Program-made: the position numbers and the translations under genes | Origin: a virus | Taxonomy: Duplodnaviria; Heunggongvirae; Uroviricota; Caudoviricetes | DNA: 28,184 nucleotides | Reading direction: 5' to 3' (one strand) | IMG/VR virus record: IMGVR_UViG_2563366957_000012 | The notes under the pieces: model-generated | The model's database searches: none | What the model was told of the DNA's origin: nothing | Seen by the model: only the letters and a program-made list of their open reading frames with translations | Shown: positions 9,154-18,272 of the stretch, in pieces | Layout: the number at the start of each line of letters is the position of its first letter | Position numbering within the stretch: position 1 is the first letter of the stretch

Positions 9154-9852
9154 TTACTGCGAAAGTTTGTTAATGGAAAGGAAGCCGCCAAAGTTGCCGA
9201 CGTTATTGCGAAACTTACAGCCACTCAGGCATTTGCTGCATTTATCCTTCGTGATATCGGACGTTGGCTGGTCATATTCATCCGCGACAGCCGGGCCATC
9301 ATAACCGCACTCATCGCCGCGGTAGATCCAGGTGCAGGTGTTGGCCAGCATGATGCGCCCCGGAAAAACGGCACCGTCCGTTTCCGTCGGTGTGGACAAC
9401 ACAAAGGAGGCACTGACCGCGCTCAGTTCGCTGCACTGCTCGATGCGCCAGCGGCTGATCACCTCCTGCTCCGGATCGGCGTCACTGTTTCCGTTGACGA
9501 AGTTCACCGCATCCAGAAAACGGGCGTAAACCTTACGCCTGACCACCGTTCCGCCGACCAGACTCTGCAGGTCTTCCGCCATCCCGGTGACCATGCCGTG
9601 CAGGTTAGAGACTTTCAGCGTTGGTCTTGCACTGGCTCCTTTGCCGTTCATCTCAAAGCCGCTTCCCTGAATAGGGTACGCCTGATACTGTCGCCCCTGC
9701 CAGGTGACCGACTCACCTTTTTCGTTCTGCTCATTACAGAAAAAATAACGTTCTCCGCCGACCTCTGTCAGATCGACTTCCCAGAGCACGATCAGCGCGG
9801 ATTGCTCCGTTTTAGTGCACTCATTGAGTGTTTCCTGCTGTATATCCTGCAT
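9154..9852 (-). CDS. L: Minor tail protein L, 232 aa
   Basis: Same length as lambda L, with Cys-rich C-terminus (CSKCLSGC) and lambda gene order M-L-K-I. Confidence 0.9.
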   Translation of the reverse strand: MQDIQQETLNECTKTEQSALIVLWEVDLTEVGGERYFFCNEQNEKGESVTWQGRQYQAYPIQGSGFEMNGKGASARPTLKVSNLHGMVTGMAEDLQSLVGGTVVRRKVYARFLDAVNFVNGNSDADPEQEVISRWRIEQCSELSAVSASFVLSTPTETDGAVFPGRIMLANTCTWIYRGDECGYDGPAVADEYDQPTSDITKDKCSKCLSGCKFRNNVGNFGGFLSINKLSQ

Positions 9853-10208
9853 CAGTGAGTGACCTCTTCAAAGGTACAGTTAAAATCGGTATACATGGCA
9901 TTATCCGAAATGCTCCACTCCCTGCAGACAACCCGGACAGTCCTGTTGTGTTTTGGCGGACGCCACAAAAAAGCACGAATCCCGGCATGACGGGATAAAA
10001 AACTGTCCAGCGCGGCACGGGAATATTCATCTGTGACACGAAATACCGGTTTAAACGTTTTCAGATCCGCATTCAGACCACCAGCCCGTCGCTGTTCATA
10101 TCCGTCACCAAACTTTACCGTAATAACTGATGGCTTTCGTGTCGTCTCCATCCCCTCACGGGGGATCCAGTTAAAAACTTCAGGCTCAGGCACTGTACAA
10201 TCCTCCAT
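9852..10208 (-). CDS. M: Minor tail protein M (about 118 aa; start uncertain)
   Basis: Motif VKFGDGYEQRRAGGLNADLKT corresponds to lambda M VRFGDGYSQRAPAGLNANLKT. The ORF-track start at 10238 is a TTG; the ATG at 10208 (MEDCTV...) or a GTG at 10193 overlapping the H stop are more plausible. Confidence 0.8.
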   Translation of the reverse strand: MEDCTVPEPEVFNWIPREGMETTRKPSVITVKFGDGYEQRRAGGLNADLKTFKPVFRVTDEYSRAALDSFLSRHAGIRAFLWRPPKHNRTVRVVCREWSISDNAMYTDFNCTFEEVTH

Positions 10209-13200
10209 CCCGACGCGATGACTGCATAATTGACACAACCCTGCTGTCGATCAGATCCACCAGTCCCCTGGCTGAGCGCGCATCTATCTCGCCATTGCTC
10301 CCTTGATTCTGAATGCTGATGTGATACACGGGAGAATAAACAACCCCCCCGCCACTATTCACATTGCCAATGGCTCTGACCCCAAGAGAGCCGTCCGCTG
10401 CCCGTGTCAGTGGCATGATAGCTTCAGGCCCGGCCTCGCCCATCAGCCCGGCACCTTTCGCAAAAGCAAAATACGTCGGTGTATCCACAATAGTGTTACT
10501 GTAAGCACTCAGATTTGCCGATGTGTAAACACCACCTTTTGCGTTTGCCACCGCCCCCGAAATCCATCCGCCGACCGTACCAAGCCACCCTCCGGCACCG
10601 GAGAGTGACTTCAGTCCGTTAACAATGGCCGCATTCATCAGAATTTTTGAAACTTCCCGGAGAACTGAACTCCCCCAGTTTCTCCAGTCCACAACATTTC
10701 CGGCCAGTGCATCGGAAATATTTGATACCAGTCCGTCCATAGTGGAAACGACAGCATCTGCCGCCTGCGAAGCATAATCGGTGGCACTGTCTGCCCAGTT
10801 GGTCAGCCCCTCCTGGAGTCCTGCATTCCAGTTATTACGTAAAGCATCGGCCTTTGCATAATAATCCTGCTGATCGCTGAGACGCTCTTCCAGATATTTT
10901 TTATTCAGTTCTTTCTCCTGTTTCCACAGGGCTTCTTCAATTTCTCCGGCCTGATACTGTCTCAGCAGCTCGTTATTTTTCTGCTCAAACTCATGCCGGA
11001 TACTCCACATTTCCTGGAGTCGTTCACGCATCCGTGAGCCTTCACCATATCCCAGTAACTGCGCGTCGTCAGATGCCCGGGCACTGGCATTACTGTCCGC
11101 CAGGCTGCTTTCATACGCAGCAAGCTGCTCACGAATCTTTTTCTGGTCGATGAGTGCTGCATTCTGCAAAAGCGTTTTTTTCTGCGCTTCTGACAGGGTT
11201 GATAATTCGCCCTGACTGACCTGATATTTCATCTTAGCCAGTTCAGTATTCTGCCCTGCCAGTGCTATTTGTTCTTTTTGCTGTTTAATCAGCCGTTTAT
11301 AAATATCTTCTGTTTTTTCCGCTTCGGTCTTTTTATGCGCTTTGGGTTTATTTGCCTGGTTATTTCGCCAGGCATCCAGTGAGTTATTGATATAATTCTG
11401 TCTGGCTGTCTGATACGCCTCTCCCACAAAGCCGAGATCATCCGCAGCATAACCCAGGCGGGCACGCTCACGGGCTTCCCCCTTCAGGCGGGACAGAGCC
11501 AGTTCGCGCTCGCTGTTATTCAGTGCAGTCTGCTGTTTATCATCCAGGGTTGCCTGTGGTAGCCGTAACGGTACATTCACCAGCCCCTGTCGCTGCTGAA
11601 GTAATTCATTACCGAGCCCGAGAAGGCGATTAAACTCGGTATGCTGCCCATTCATGATCAACAGGGACTGATACGCTTTGTTTTGTTCCGCGGCCTGTTG
11701 ACGGATCAACGCCACCCGTCGCTCCTCCAGCCCGGCAAGCACATCCTGAATGGATTGCGCTTTGCCCTGCATTTGTGTGAGACGGGACTGTTCAACTGCC
11801 AGTTGATTTGTTGCTTCTGCAAGCCCTTCTGTGACAGTTTTTACCGACGTCATGTGGTTAATCATAAAACCGTTATCGGTTGTCCAGCCCGGGTTTGCCA
11901 GCACATACTGATAGCCAGCAATTTTTTCCTGTAAGGATTTAATCTTACTTTTCTGCTCGTCAATTAACCTGTTTTGCTCATCAAGTGCCTGCCGCGTCTT
12001 TTCCTCATTATCTGACGCTTCAGGAAGCGACATTGCCGACGTTTTCTGGCGAATTTCGTCGATTGTTGCGGCATACTGGCGTGCAGATTCTCTGGCCTGC
12101 TCCTGATTCTGATACATCGTGTACCAGGCCGTCGCCCCCAGCATGACGAGTCCCGGCACACCACCAACCAACCCCAGCGCACCACTTAACAGACGACTCC
12201 CCACTGACGTGACAGTATTCAGCGTTGTCTGTGCCGCTGTTCTGGCCGCAATATTACGGGTAAGTGACGCCTGGGCAGCTGTCAGCTTCGCTTCTGCTGC
12301 GGCCTGCCTTTCGGTACCGCGAGCAGCAACAACCGCCTGTTGCGCACGATAAACCGCCGCACGCGCCCTGGCGGTTGCTATCTGTGTCCCCCGAAGTTGC
12401 GCTTCAGCAAGAGCCACTTCGTTTCTGGCTGCAGTAATTAATCCGGCAGTTGCAGATCCAGCAGACGACGCCATATTGCCAAAATATCGGGCTACCCCGA
12501 CGGCAACCAGAGCACCGGCAGCGGTTGCCACGGTGTCAATATTGCCTGCAAGACCATTCAGCACACCGGAGAGCGTCTTCGTCACTCCGCTTGCCTCGTT
12601 CGCACCACCAACCCAGGCCATAAAGGCGTTTTCAACTTTGGTTGCAGAGGATGAAACCGTATCAGGCATTGCCGCATATTCATCACGTAATGCCCCAAGC
12701 TGACTAATCAGTGCAGGAACAACCTTATCGGCGGTCAACTTTCCGTTATCCGCCATGGCCTTCAGATCCTTACGGGCAACTCCCATTCCCGCAGCCAGAG
12801 CACGAATAACACGATCGCCGTTCTCATTCACCGAGTTAAACTCTTCACCGCGCAGCACTCCCTGCGCCAGAGCCTGACTGAACTGCGTGATCACCGAACT
12901 GGCTTCTGCTGTACTGGCACCGGATAATTTCAGGCCCGTGGAGATCGCCTCGGTGACTTTCAGTACCTCCTCAGAACTGTAACCATACTCCCGCATGGAA
13001 GCTGCAGAGCGGGCAAAAAGGCTGGCGTTATCAGAAAAAGCCGTCCCCGTTCTCTGGCTGATCGCCATTAATTCACGCTGTGATGACTGAAAATCATCAC
13101 TGGACTGTGAGGCCTGCTTCAGACGGGCATTTACTGAATTCCACTCATCGGCGAGAGAAATAAGATGACCGGTAGCAAAAGCCCCGGCAAATGCCCCCGC

Positions 13201-13419
13201 CATGTTTAGTGCCGAAGATTTAGCTGTATTTATCTGATCCGTCACTTCTGCCAGTGCACGCCGCATTTCACGGGATGCAGCAGCGGACTGCCGGCCTCCG
13301 TTCTGCATGGTACGGTAGTAATCCTGCCCCATACGCGAAGCCCGGGAGATCTCTGACTGGAATGACCGGGAATTTGCCGAGATTTTAATAATCAGTTCAC
13401 GTAATGTCGCCACACTCAT
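10186..13419 (-). CDS. Tail tape measure protein, 1077 aa (not the lambda H sequence family)
   Basis: Long alpha-helical, Ala/Gln-rich protein immediately downstream of G/G-T and upstream of M; position and composition diagnostic of a tape measure. N-terminus differs from lambda H. Confidence 0.9.
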   Translation of the reverse strand: MSVATLRELIIKISANSRSFQSEISRASRMGQDYYRTMQNGGRQSAAASREMRRALAEVTDQINTAKSSALNMAGAFAGAFATGHLISLADEWNSVNARLKQASQSSDDFQSSQRELMAISQRTGTAFSDNASLFARSAASMREYGYSSEEVLKVTEAISTGLKLSGASTAEASSVITQFSQALAQGVLRGEEFNSVNENGDRVIRALAAGMGVARKDLKAMADNGKLTADKVVPALISQLGALRDEYAAMPDTVSSSATKVENAFMAWVGGANEASGVTKTLSGVLNGLAGNIDTVATAAGALVAVGVARYFGNMASSAGSATAGLITAARNEVALAEAQLRGTQIATARARAAVYRAQQAVVAARGTERQAAAEAKLTAAQASLTRNIAARTAAQTTLNTVTSVGSRLLSGALGLVGGVPGLVMLGATAWYTMYQNQEQARESARQYAATIDEIRQKTSAMSLPEASDNEEKTRQALDEQNRLIDEQKSKIKSLQEKIAGYQYVLANPGWTTDNGFMINHMTSVKTVTEGLAEATNQLAVEQSRLTQMQGKAQSIQDVLAGLEERRVALIRQQAAEQNKAYQSLLIMNGQHTEFNRLLGLGNELLQQRQGLVNVPLRLPQATLDDKQQTALNNSERELALSRLKGEARERARLGYAADDLGFVGEAYQTARQNYINNSLDAWRNNQANKPKAHKKTEAEKTEDIYKRLIKQQKEQIALAGQNTELAKMKYQVSQGELSTLSEAQKKTLLQNAALIDQKKIREQLAAYESSLADSNASARASDDAQLLGYGEGSRMRERLQEMWSIRHEFEQKNNELLRQYQAGEIEEALWKQEKELNKKYLEERLSDQQDYYAKADALRNNWNAGLQEGLTNWADSATDYASQAADAVVSTMDGLVSNISDALAGNVVDWRNWGSSVLREVSKILMNAAIVNGLKSLSGAGGWLGTVGGWISGAVANAKGGVYTSANLSAYSNTIVDTPTYFAFAKGAGLMGEAGPEAIMPLTRAADGSLGVRAIGNVNSGGGVVYSPVYHISIQNQGSNGEIDARSARGLVDLIDSRVVSIMQSSRRDGGLYSA

Positions 13420-13428
13420 TCTCCGGAC

Positions 13429-13451
13429 GAAAAAAAACCGCCGAAGCGGTT
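13429..13451 (-). terminator. Terminator-like hairpin between the G-T stop and the tape measure start
   Basis: Stem aaccgc / gcggtt (13436-13441, 13446-13451), loop cgaa, followed on the minus transcript by a U-run (plus-strand A-run 13429-13437). Confidence 0.4.
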
Positions 13452-13459
13452 ATGTTGAC

Positions 13460-14148
13460 TCACTGAGACACTATTAAAAGCGCGTTTTCCAGTCCAGCAA
13501 ATGGATCTGATACGCCTTCTGTCTGCTCCTTCTCCCACTGAAGAAGCGCATCATTCAGTGGCACTTTGACCCCCTGCGCACCGTAAACAGCTGAAACAAT
13601 CTGGGCAGCCCGGATATCAGCCCGTTCGTCCCCCAGCGGGCTGAACCTGTCAAACTCTGCCCACATCATGATTTCTGATGCGGACATTTCCCGGCGTAAC
13701 TCTGACAATGTGCGCCCCATCCTGAGCGCCAGCATCATCAGAAAACGCATCCCCGGAAGCGCTACTTTTTTTTAACCTCGCCGGCATCACTGATCAGTTC
13801 CAGAGACTGCCGAAGAAGCCGCGCATGCACCGGGCCATACACGGCAATCACCTGTTCACGATCATCCACTGAAAATACAGGTTGCAGTCCGGTATCACAC
13901 AGAACATCGATGAACAGTTCAACATCCGCTTCCAGATTTCGGCGGGCGAGCTCCGCAACGGATAACGGTGTCTCATCATCTTTTGCTTTAACGATCTCCT
14001 GCCAGCGCAACCAGGCTTCTGCAGAAGGTTCCCGTAATACAACCGTTGCCCCTTCCCATTCAGGCACATCAACAGTTTTATGGCGAAACCCCGACATCGC
14101 TGCCAGTGCCAGATTACGGATATTTTTAGTCATCACATCTATCCTCAT
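13460..14148 (-). CDS. Tail assembly chaperone G-T fusion, made by -1 programmed ribosomal frameshift from G into the 13460..13750 frame
   Basis: The downstream ORF (13460..13750) is in the -1 frame relative to G and stays open back through the slippery site (codons V-A-L-P-G precede its first Met). Position between major tail protein and tape measure equals lambda G/G-T. Confidence 0.8.
13762..14148 (-). CDS. Tail assembly chaperone G, 128 aa
   Basis: Acidic small protein whose ATG overlaps the V stop (TAATG). Ends ...GEVKKK-stop, directly over the slippery site. Confidence 0.8.
   Translation of the reverse strand: MRIDVMTKNIRNLALAAMSGFRHKTVDVPEWEGATVVLREPSAEAWLRWQEIVKAKDDETPLSVAELARRNLEADVELFIDVLCDTGLQPVFSVDDREQVIAVYGPVHARLLRQSLELISDAGEVKKK
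13765..13771 (-). promoter_or_regulatory. Slippery heptamer A AAA AAG for the -1 programmed frameshift producing G-T
   Basis: Minus-strand sequence gtt aaa aaa aag tag. The heptamer A AAA AAG is the same as the classical dnaX frameshift site, within an 8-A run just before the G stop codon. Confidence 0.75.
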
Positions 14149-14852
14149 TAACTGACGGTAACAGTGCAGGAAGTAGAGGTCACCTTGTTAACAGGGCTTG
14201 CTGAATCAGAAATCTCGCAGGTATACGCACCGGCATCACCGGATGCTGCTGATGCCTTACTGAACGTTGCCGCCGTCTGTCCGGAAACAGGAGAACCACC
14301 TTTTTTCCAGGCATAAGAATAAGGCGGCACACCACCCGCAGCCTCAACCGCCATTTCAAGTTTCGCTCCGGAAGAAACCCGCAGCGTGCTTTTTAAATCG
14401 ACCTTCACTTTCAGCGGCTCTGTCGTCAGCACAGGTTTACCTTTCAGGCGCAGAGAAAACGTTGCAGCCACAACACCATTGGTTCCTGCAGACCAGGTAT
14501 GCTGACGCACCTCTGCCATAAAGGTAAATCCGTTGCCTGACGGAAAAATAACTTTAAAGCCATACGTGGTGTCATTGTCATAGGCACTGCGCAACGCGTT
14601 CTGGGCAGCATTCAGATAAAAGTTGCCTGACATGGAAATCTCTGAAGCAGCCCCAAGGCCGTTAATATTTTCCTGCTCAACAGAACACAGCGTGGTGACA
14701 TCAATATCCTGCTTTTGTCCTGCGGTAAACTGCACCTCTTTGATTGTACAGCTCAGGCCAAGATAGCTGGCAGAATCCAGGGTTTCTGCTGTTACCGGTG
14801 CAGACGAAATCATAATTTTCGTCAGTTGCGAACGCTCAAAATTAGAGGACAT
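14148..14852 (-). CDS. Major tail protein V with C-terminal Ig-like (Big_2-type) domain, 234 aa
   Basis: Position upstream of G, size near lambda V (246 aa), C-terminal Ig-like signature (...GGVPPYSYAWKKGG...AGAYTCEISDSA...). Confidence 0.85.
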   Translation of the reverse strand: MSSNFERSQLTKIMISSAPVTAETLDSASYLGLSCTIKEVQFTAGQKQDIDVTTLCSVEQENINGLGAASEISMSGNFYLNAAQNALRSAYDNDTTYGFKVIFPSGNGFTFMAEVRQHTWSAGTNGVVAATFSLRLKGKPVLTTEPLKVKVDLKSTLRVSSGAKLEMAVEAAGGVPPYSYAWKKGGSPVSGQTAATFSKASAASGDAGAYTCEISDSASPVNKVTSTSCTVTVS

Positions 14853-14865
14853 ACTCGTCTCCTGA

Positions 14866-14892
14866 AAATAAAAAAACCCGCCAGCGGCGGGT
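14866..14892 (-). terminator. Terminator-like hairpin between the 114-aa tail gene and V
   Basis: 7-bp stem acccgcc / ggcgggt (14876-14882, 14886-14892), 3-nt loop, U7 run on the minus transcript (plus A-run 14868-14876). Confidence 0.4.
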
Positions 14893-14912
14893 GGGTAAAA
14901 TCATTAATGACC

Positions 14913-15257
14913 TCAGGCTATTACCTGGAATTCAAGCGTGGCTCTGCTCAGACGGGAGTCAGGATCATAACCCTGCGCTTTAGAAATAACGGAGGGTGCC
15001 AGTTTTCTTACCGCATCAAGCGCCTGCTCACGAATATTATCTGCGTCATCAGGTACTGTCGCCCAGACATCGATCTGCACGGTAATTCTGGATTCAGCCT
15101 GCCCATCAAGCACATCAGATGCCGTGTCAGACACCACAGAAAACACCAGCCACGGCGGAGATACCGCAGGCTTTCCCTCCGTCAGCGGGACCACATAAGG
15201 ATAAACCTGTCCTCCGGCCAGCTGAGACAACAGGGAATACAGTGTGCCCTCCCTCAT
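14913..15257 (-). CDS. Tail completion / tail-terminator-like protein (DUF3168-like), 114 aa
   Basis: N-terminal pattern ...LAGGQVYPYVVP typical of DUF3168-type tail proteins encoded just upstream of the major tail gene in HK97-like phages. Confidence 0.6.
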   Translation of the reverse strand: MREGTLYSLLSQLAGGQVYPYVVPLTEGKPAVSPPWLVFSVVSDTASDVLDGQAESRITVQIDVWATVPDDADNIREQALDAVRKLAPSVISKAQGYDPDSRLSRATLEFQVIA

Positions 15258-15703
15258 TTACTTAAGACCTCATCAATAGCCTGATTCATTCGCTGTATGG
15301 CAACCTGCGCCGCCAGCTCCTCTGTCGTATCGAAAGCCGGGCGAATGAATGGATGCGCGGGCATGTTTATCGTTCCCAGCTCCACAAAGCGCCAGTAAAA
15401 TGCATTTCGGGGATCGCTGGCTTTCATGCTGTTATCACTGTTTCCGGTTCGCAGGTTCCGTCCGCGAATGTGGACACCCGAGATAATTTCCCCCCGACGC
15501 TTTGAACGCTGAGTGAGAACAACCACATTTTTCTTCAGTTTCCCGGTTCGCTCCGGCGCACGTTCAACAACTGCATCCCGCATAACTTCAGCACCGGCAC
15601 GGGTGGCATCGCGCAGAACCTTATTGTTTTCTGCCCTGCTGAGCGTCTCCAAATCCCGTGCAATATCCGCCAGGCCGGAAAAATCAAGACTGAAATCCAT
15701 CAC
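15254..15703 (-). CDS. HK97 gp10-like head-tail joining protein, 149 aa
   Basis: Position and size within the HK97-type connector gene set; overlapping start/stop with neighbours. Confidence 0.6.
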   Translation of the reverse strand: MMDFSLDFSGLADIARDLETLSRAENNKVLRDATRAGAEVMRDAVVERAPERTGKLKKNVVVLTQRSKRRGEIISGVHIRGRNLRTGNSDNSMKASDPRNAFYWRFVELGTINMPAHPFIRPAFDTTEELAAQVAIQRMNQAIDEVLSK

Positions 15704-16038
15704 ACATTCCCCTTCAGGCTGCAGAGTATTTCAAGCCGGGTAGCGCGTGCATCCGGTATTGGTGGACCTTCTATACCCAGAATGGCCCCTTTAAATGCAC
15801 CGGTCAGCACTTTCAGACGTGAAGTCGCTGTCACATCGCGCCGGAATCTCATCCAGACTCTGACCGTAGCCTGAGCGGTTTCTGCTCCGCCTGAGATTAT
15901 CTCCCTCCCGCTGATACCCTTAACTTCTGCCCATACGGTAGCTCCCTCCGTCACCGTCTCCACCGGATGCCCTGACGGAGAGCGGGCGGTGGTGACATTC
16001 AGAATAATTACGCGATCACGTAATCTGCCCGCCTGCAT
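15700..16038 (-). CDS. Head closure / head-tail adaptor protein, 112 aa
   Basis: Position after the gp6-like connector gene; size and composition typical of phage head-tail joining proteins. Confidence 0.6.
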   Translation of the reverse strand: MQAGRLRDRVIILNVTTARSPSGHPVETVTEGATVWAEVKGISGREIISGGAETAQATVRVWMRFRRDVTATSRLKVLTGAFKGAILGIEGPPIPDARATRLEILCSLKGNV

Positions 16039-16046
16039 GTCTCCTC

Positions 16047-16364
16047 CTACAAAGGAATAAAACGATAAGGCTCCAGCAGAGAAGAAAAACCAAACGGGAC
16101 TGGTGCCTTGCTGACATCTGAGGAATTTTCCCGGTTTTCGTGCCAGTGCCCGACCAGCAACATGAGCGCCAGCAAAACATCATCAGCTATAAGCACCCCT
16201 TCAGGATCACCTTCCGGCACCGTCTCCTCATAAAGCTTACGGTTGATAAAATTTTCTGCCTTGCGGCAGGCAGCCCGGAAATACAGCATCAGTAACTCAT
16301 CATCAGTTGCATCATCTGTATCAATACGGCACTGCGCCCTGAGTTTTTCCACTATTGCTGCCAT
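16047..16364 (-). CDS. gp6-like head-tail connector protein, about 105 aa
   Basis: ATG at 16364 (MAAIVEKLRAQ...) preceded by a GGAG RBS and lying downstream of the capsid terminator hairpin. The longer track ORF (to 16544) overlaps the capsid gene and the hairpin, so is rejected. Confidence 0.65.
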   Translation of the reverse strand: MAAIVEKLRAQCRIDTDDATDDELLMLYFRAACRKAENFINRKLYEETVPEGDPEGVLIADDVLLALMLLVGHWHENRENSSDVSKAPVPFGFSSLLEPYRFIPL

Positions 16365-16394
16365 CAGAAACTCCTGCCCGCAACACTGTGCGGG

Positions 16395-16420
16395 CATAAA
16401 AAAACCGCGTCGGCGCGGTC
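16395..16420 (-). terminator. Intrinsic terminator-like hairpin immediately after the major capsid gene
   Basis: 6-bp GC stem accgcg / cgcggt (16404-16409, 16414-16419), loop tcgg, followed on the minus transcript by UUUUUUU (plus A-run 16397-16404). Confidence 0.55.
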
Positions 16421-16440
16421 TGTAACTGAACAACGAGTGG

Positions 16441-17658
16441 TTATTTGCCAGTGAGCGCCTTGATGGCTGCCACATCTTCCAGCACACAGTCAAAACGATG
16501 GAAAGCCAGAAATGCCACCTGATCAAACTCAGCATAACGCTCAACCAGACGTTTCAGTTCCATATAAGTAACGCGGCGAATGATAAAGCGGTTGAAATCC
16601 CCCAGGAAAATGAATTTTTTTCCGGTACCAATCCCGTCAATAGCCTGATCAATAACATAAGGGATCCCCAGCACAGTAGCCGGCGTACCGCCTGCAATAT
16701 CCGGCAGCCATAACGGGCGTTTCTGTCCATCCTCCATCTCTTCAATAGTCTGCAATGTGGCATCATTGAATGCCCAGCGGTATTTCGGCCCACCACGATA
16801 TGCCGGATCAATGGCATGTTTCAGGGCATTCATTTCTTTCCAGGTGAAAGCGGCAGAGGCTGCAGTCTGGATGGTTCCCGTCACCGACGCTGCCAGCCCT
16901 TTTGGCTGTAACGGTGATCCCGTTCCGGTCCCCTGAACCAGATATTTTGCCTCTCCACGACCAATACGCTGGGCAATACGGTTTGCCAGATAAGATTCAA
17001 TATCCACCCCACTGTCCTGGAGCAGCTCATTGGACACACGAATTATTTTTGATGACAGCTTTTTAGCCCCCAGAATAGCGGTCCCGAACGTCACATCCTG
17101 TTCCGTTGCGGCTGTATTCTCCGCCAGCAGTTCGCCCTCTTCAGTCGTGCCATCAGACGTTGACCAGGTGATATCCTGCCCGGTTGATGTGGTCAGAAGT
17201 TGCGCCACACTGGCAATCCCGCCATAAGCCTTCATGGTGTCAATGATTTTGTTACGCATCTGCGTGGGCACCGTATATCCGCCCTGAGAATCCGTTGTTA
17301 CACTCTGAGCCCGCAGTTCACGCATCAGATTACGCTCTTCAGCATTCAGTTCTGCAAATCCGGCACGCAGAAAACGGTTAAATGCCGCAGCGCGCTTCTC
17401 TTCCACCGCCTTTTTCCCGTTCTCCGCCTCATTATTCTGGCGCTCTTCCGGCCCGGACTCATCCACATATGCCTGATCCTGACGGCGCAACTCTTCTTCA
17501 CGGGCGATTTGCTCATCCAGCGCATCCAGCTCAGCTTTCGCCCTGTTCCACTCTGCCCGTTGCTCATCAGTCCATGCGTTATCACCAATTTTTTCATGCA
17601 GTGCACGCATATCCTTTGCAATGGTGTTTCGTTTTTGCTTCATCTCATGAAGTTTCAT
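16441..17658 (-). CDS. Major capsid protein, HK97 family, with N-terminal delta (scaffold) domain, 405 aa
   Basis: N-terminal ~110 aa is a charged coiled-coil delta domain, followed by HK97-fold-sized body. Located directly after the prohead protease, as in HK97. Confidence 0.9.
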   Translation of the reverse strand: MKLHEMKQKRNTIAKDMRALHEKIGDNAWTDEQRAEWNRAKAELDALDEQIAREEELRRQDQAYVDESGPEERQNNEAENGKKAVEEKRAAAFNRFLRAGFAELNAEERNLMRELRAQSVTTDSQGGYTVPTQMRNKIIDTMKAYGGIASVAQLLTTSTGQDITWSTSDGTTEEGELLAENTAATEQDVTFGTAILGAKKLSSKIIRVSNELLQDSGVDIESYLANRIAQRIGRGEAKYLVQGTGTGSPLQPKGLAASVTGTIQTAASAAFTWKEMNALKHAIDPAYRGGPKYRWAFNDATLQTIEEMEDGQKRPLWLPDIAGGTPATVLGIPYVIDQAIDGIGTGKKFIFLGDFNRFIIRRVTYMELKRLVERYAEFDQVAFLAFHRFDCVLEDVAAIKALTGK

Positions 17659-17672
17659 CGTCAGTAGTATCC

Positions 17673-18272
17673 TTATGCATTAAGAAGGGTCAAAAGACGC
17701 TCACGCGCCATTCGTTCGTTAACAGCTTTCTTCAGCGCACCACTCGCCCGCGCTTCCTGCCAGGCTTTCATTGAGCGGACACCAGAGTCTGCGTCCTGAT
17801 AGGCCGGATATGTCACCGGGCTGACGTCATACAGACGAGAAATGCGCGTGATTTCCCGGATAACAATCCCCTCGTCGTCTTCATACCAGCTCTCTCCGTC
17901 ACGGGCGACACGAAACGCGAACGAGGACTGATTAATGTCACCACGCAACATTGGAGACAGCACCAGGTCACAAATAGTCGGAGTATCCGGTGCAACAATG
18001 TCATAACGTAAACCGCGTTCATCCACCGACAATGACAACGTGCCGGCAGAACTTCGTCCGAGAATGAAATTAGGATCATGATTAAACAAGCCACGTACAT
18101 CATCATTCAGTACATCATCAAAAGCCCCCGGCTTGATGATTTCACGAAATCCCCACAGAGGTTCTGAACGACTGTTAAATACCGAGCCATACCCCAGAAT
18201 GTGGGTCGGGGCATTATCATATTGTTCCGCCCGCACCTCCCCGCTGTAACAGCGCGTTTCACGGTCATTCAT
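17673..18272 (-). CDS. Prohead maturation protease, HK97 family, 199 aa
   Basis: Size, position between portal and capsid, 8-nt overlap with the portal stop, conserved N-terminal region (...GYGSVFNSRSE...IKPGAFDDVL...GLFNHD...). Confidence 0.85.
   Translation of the reverse strand: MNDRETRCYSGEVRAEQYDNAPTHILGYGSVFNSRSEPLWGFREIIKPGAFDDVLNDDVRGLFNHDPNFILGRSSAGTLSLSVDERGLRYDIVAPDTPTICDLVLSPMLRGDINQSSFAFRVARDGESWYEDDEGIVIREITRISRLYDVSPVTYPAYQDADSGVRSMKAWQEARASGALKKAVNERMARERLLTLLNA

Noticed and set aside
10209-10238. TTG start of the M ORF as given in the track
   Set aside because: The ATG at 10208 (or the GTG overlapping the H stop) fits lambda M length and coupling better; TTG is merely the first alternative start in the open frame.
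16365-16544. N-terminal extension of the gp6-like ORF overlapping the capsid gene
   Set aside because: The extension runs through the capsid 3' end and the terminator hairpin. An internal ATG at 16364 has a proper GGAG RBS and yields a protein of the expected connector size.
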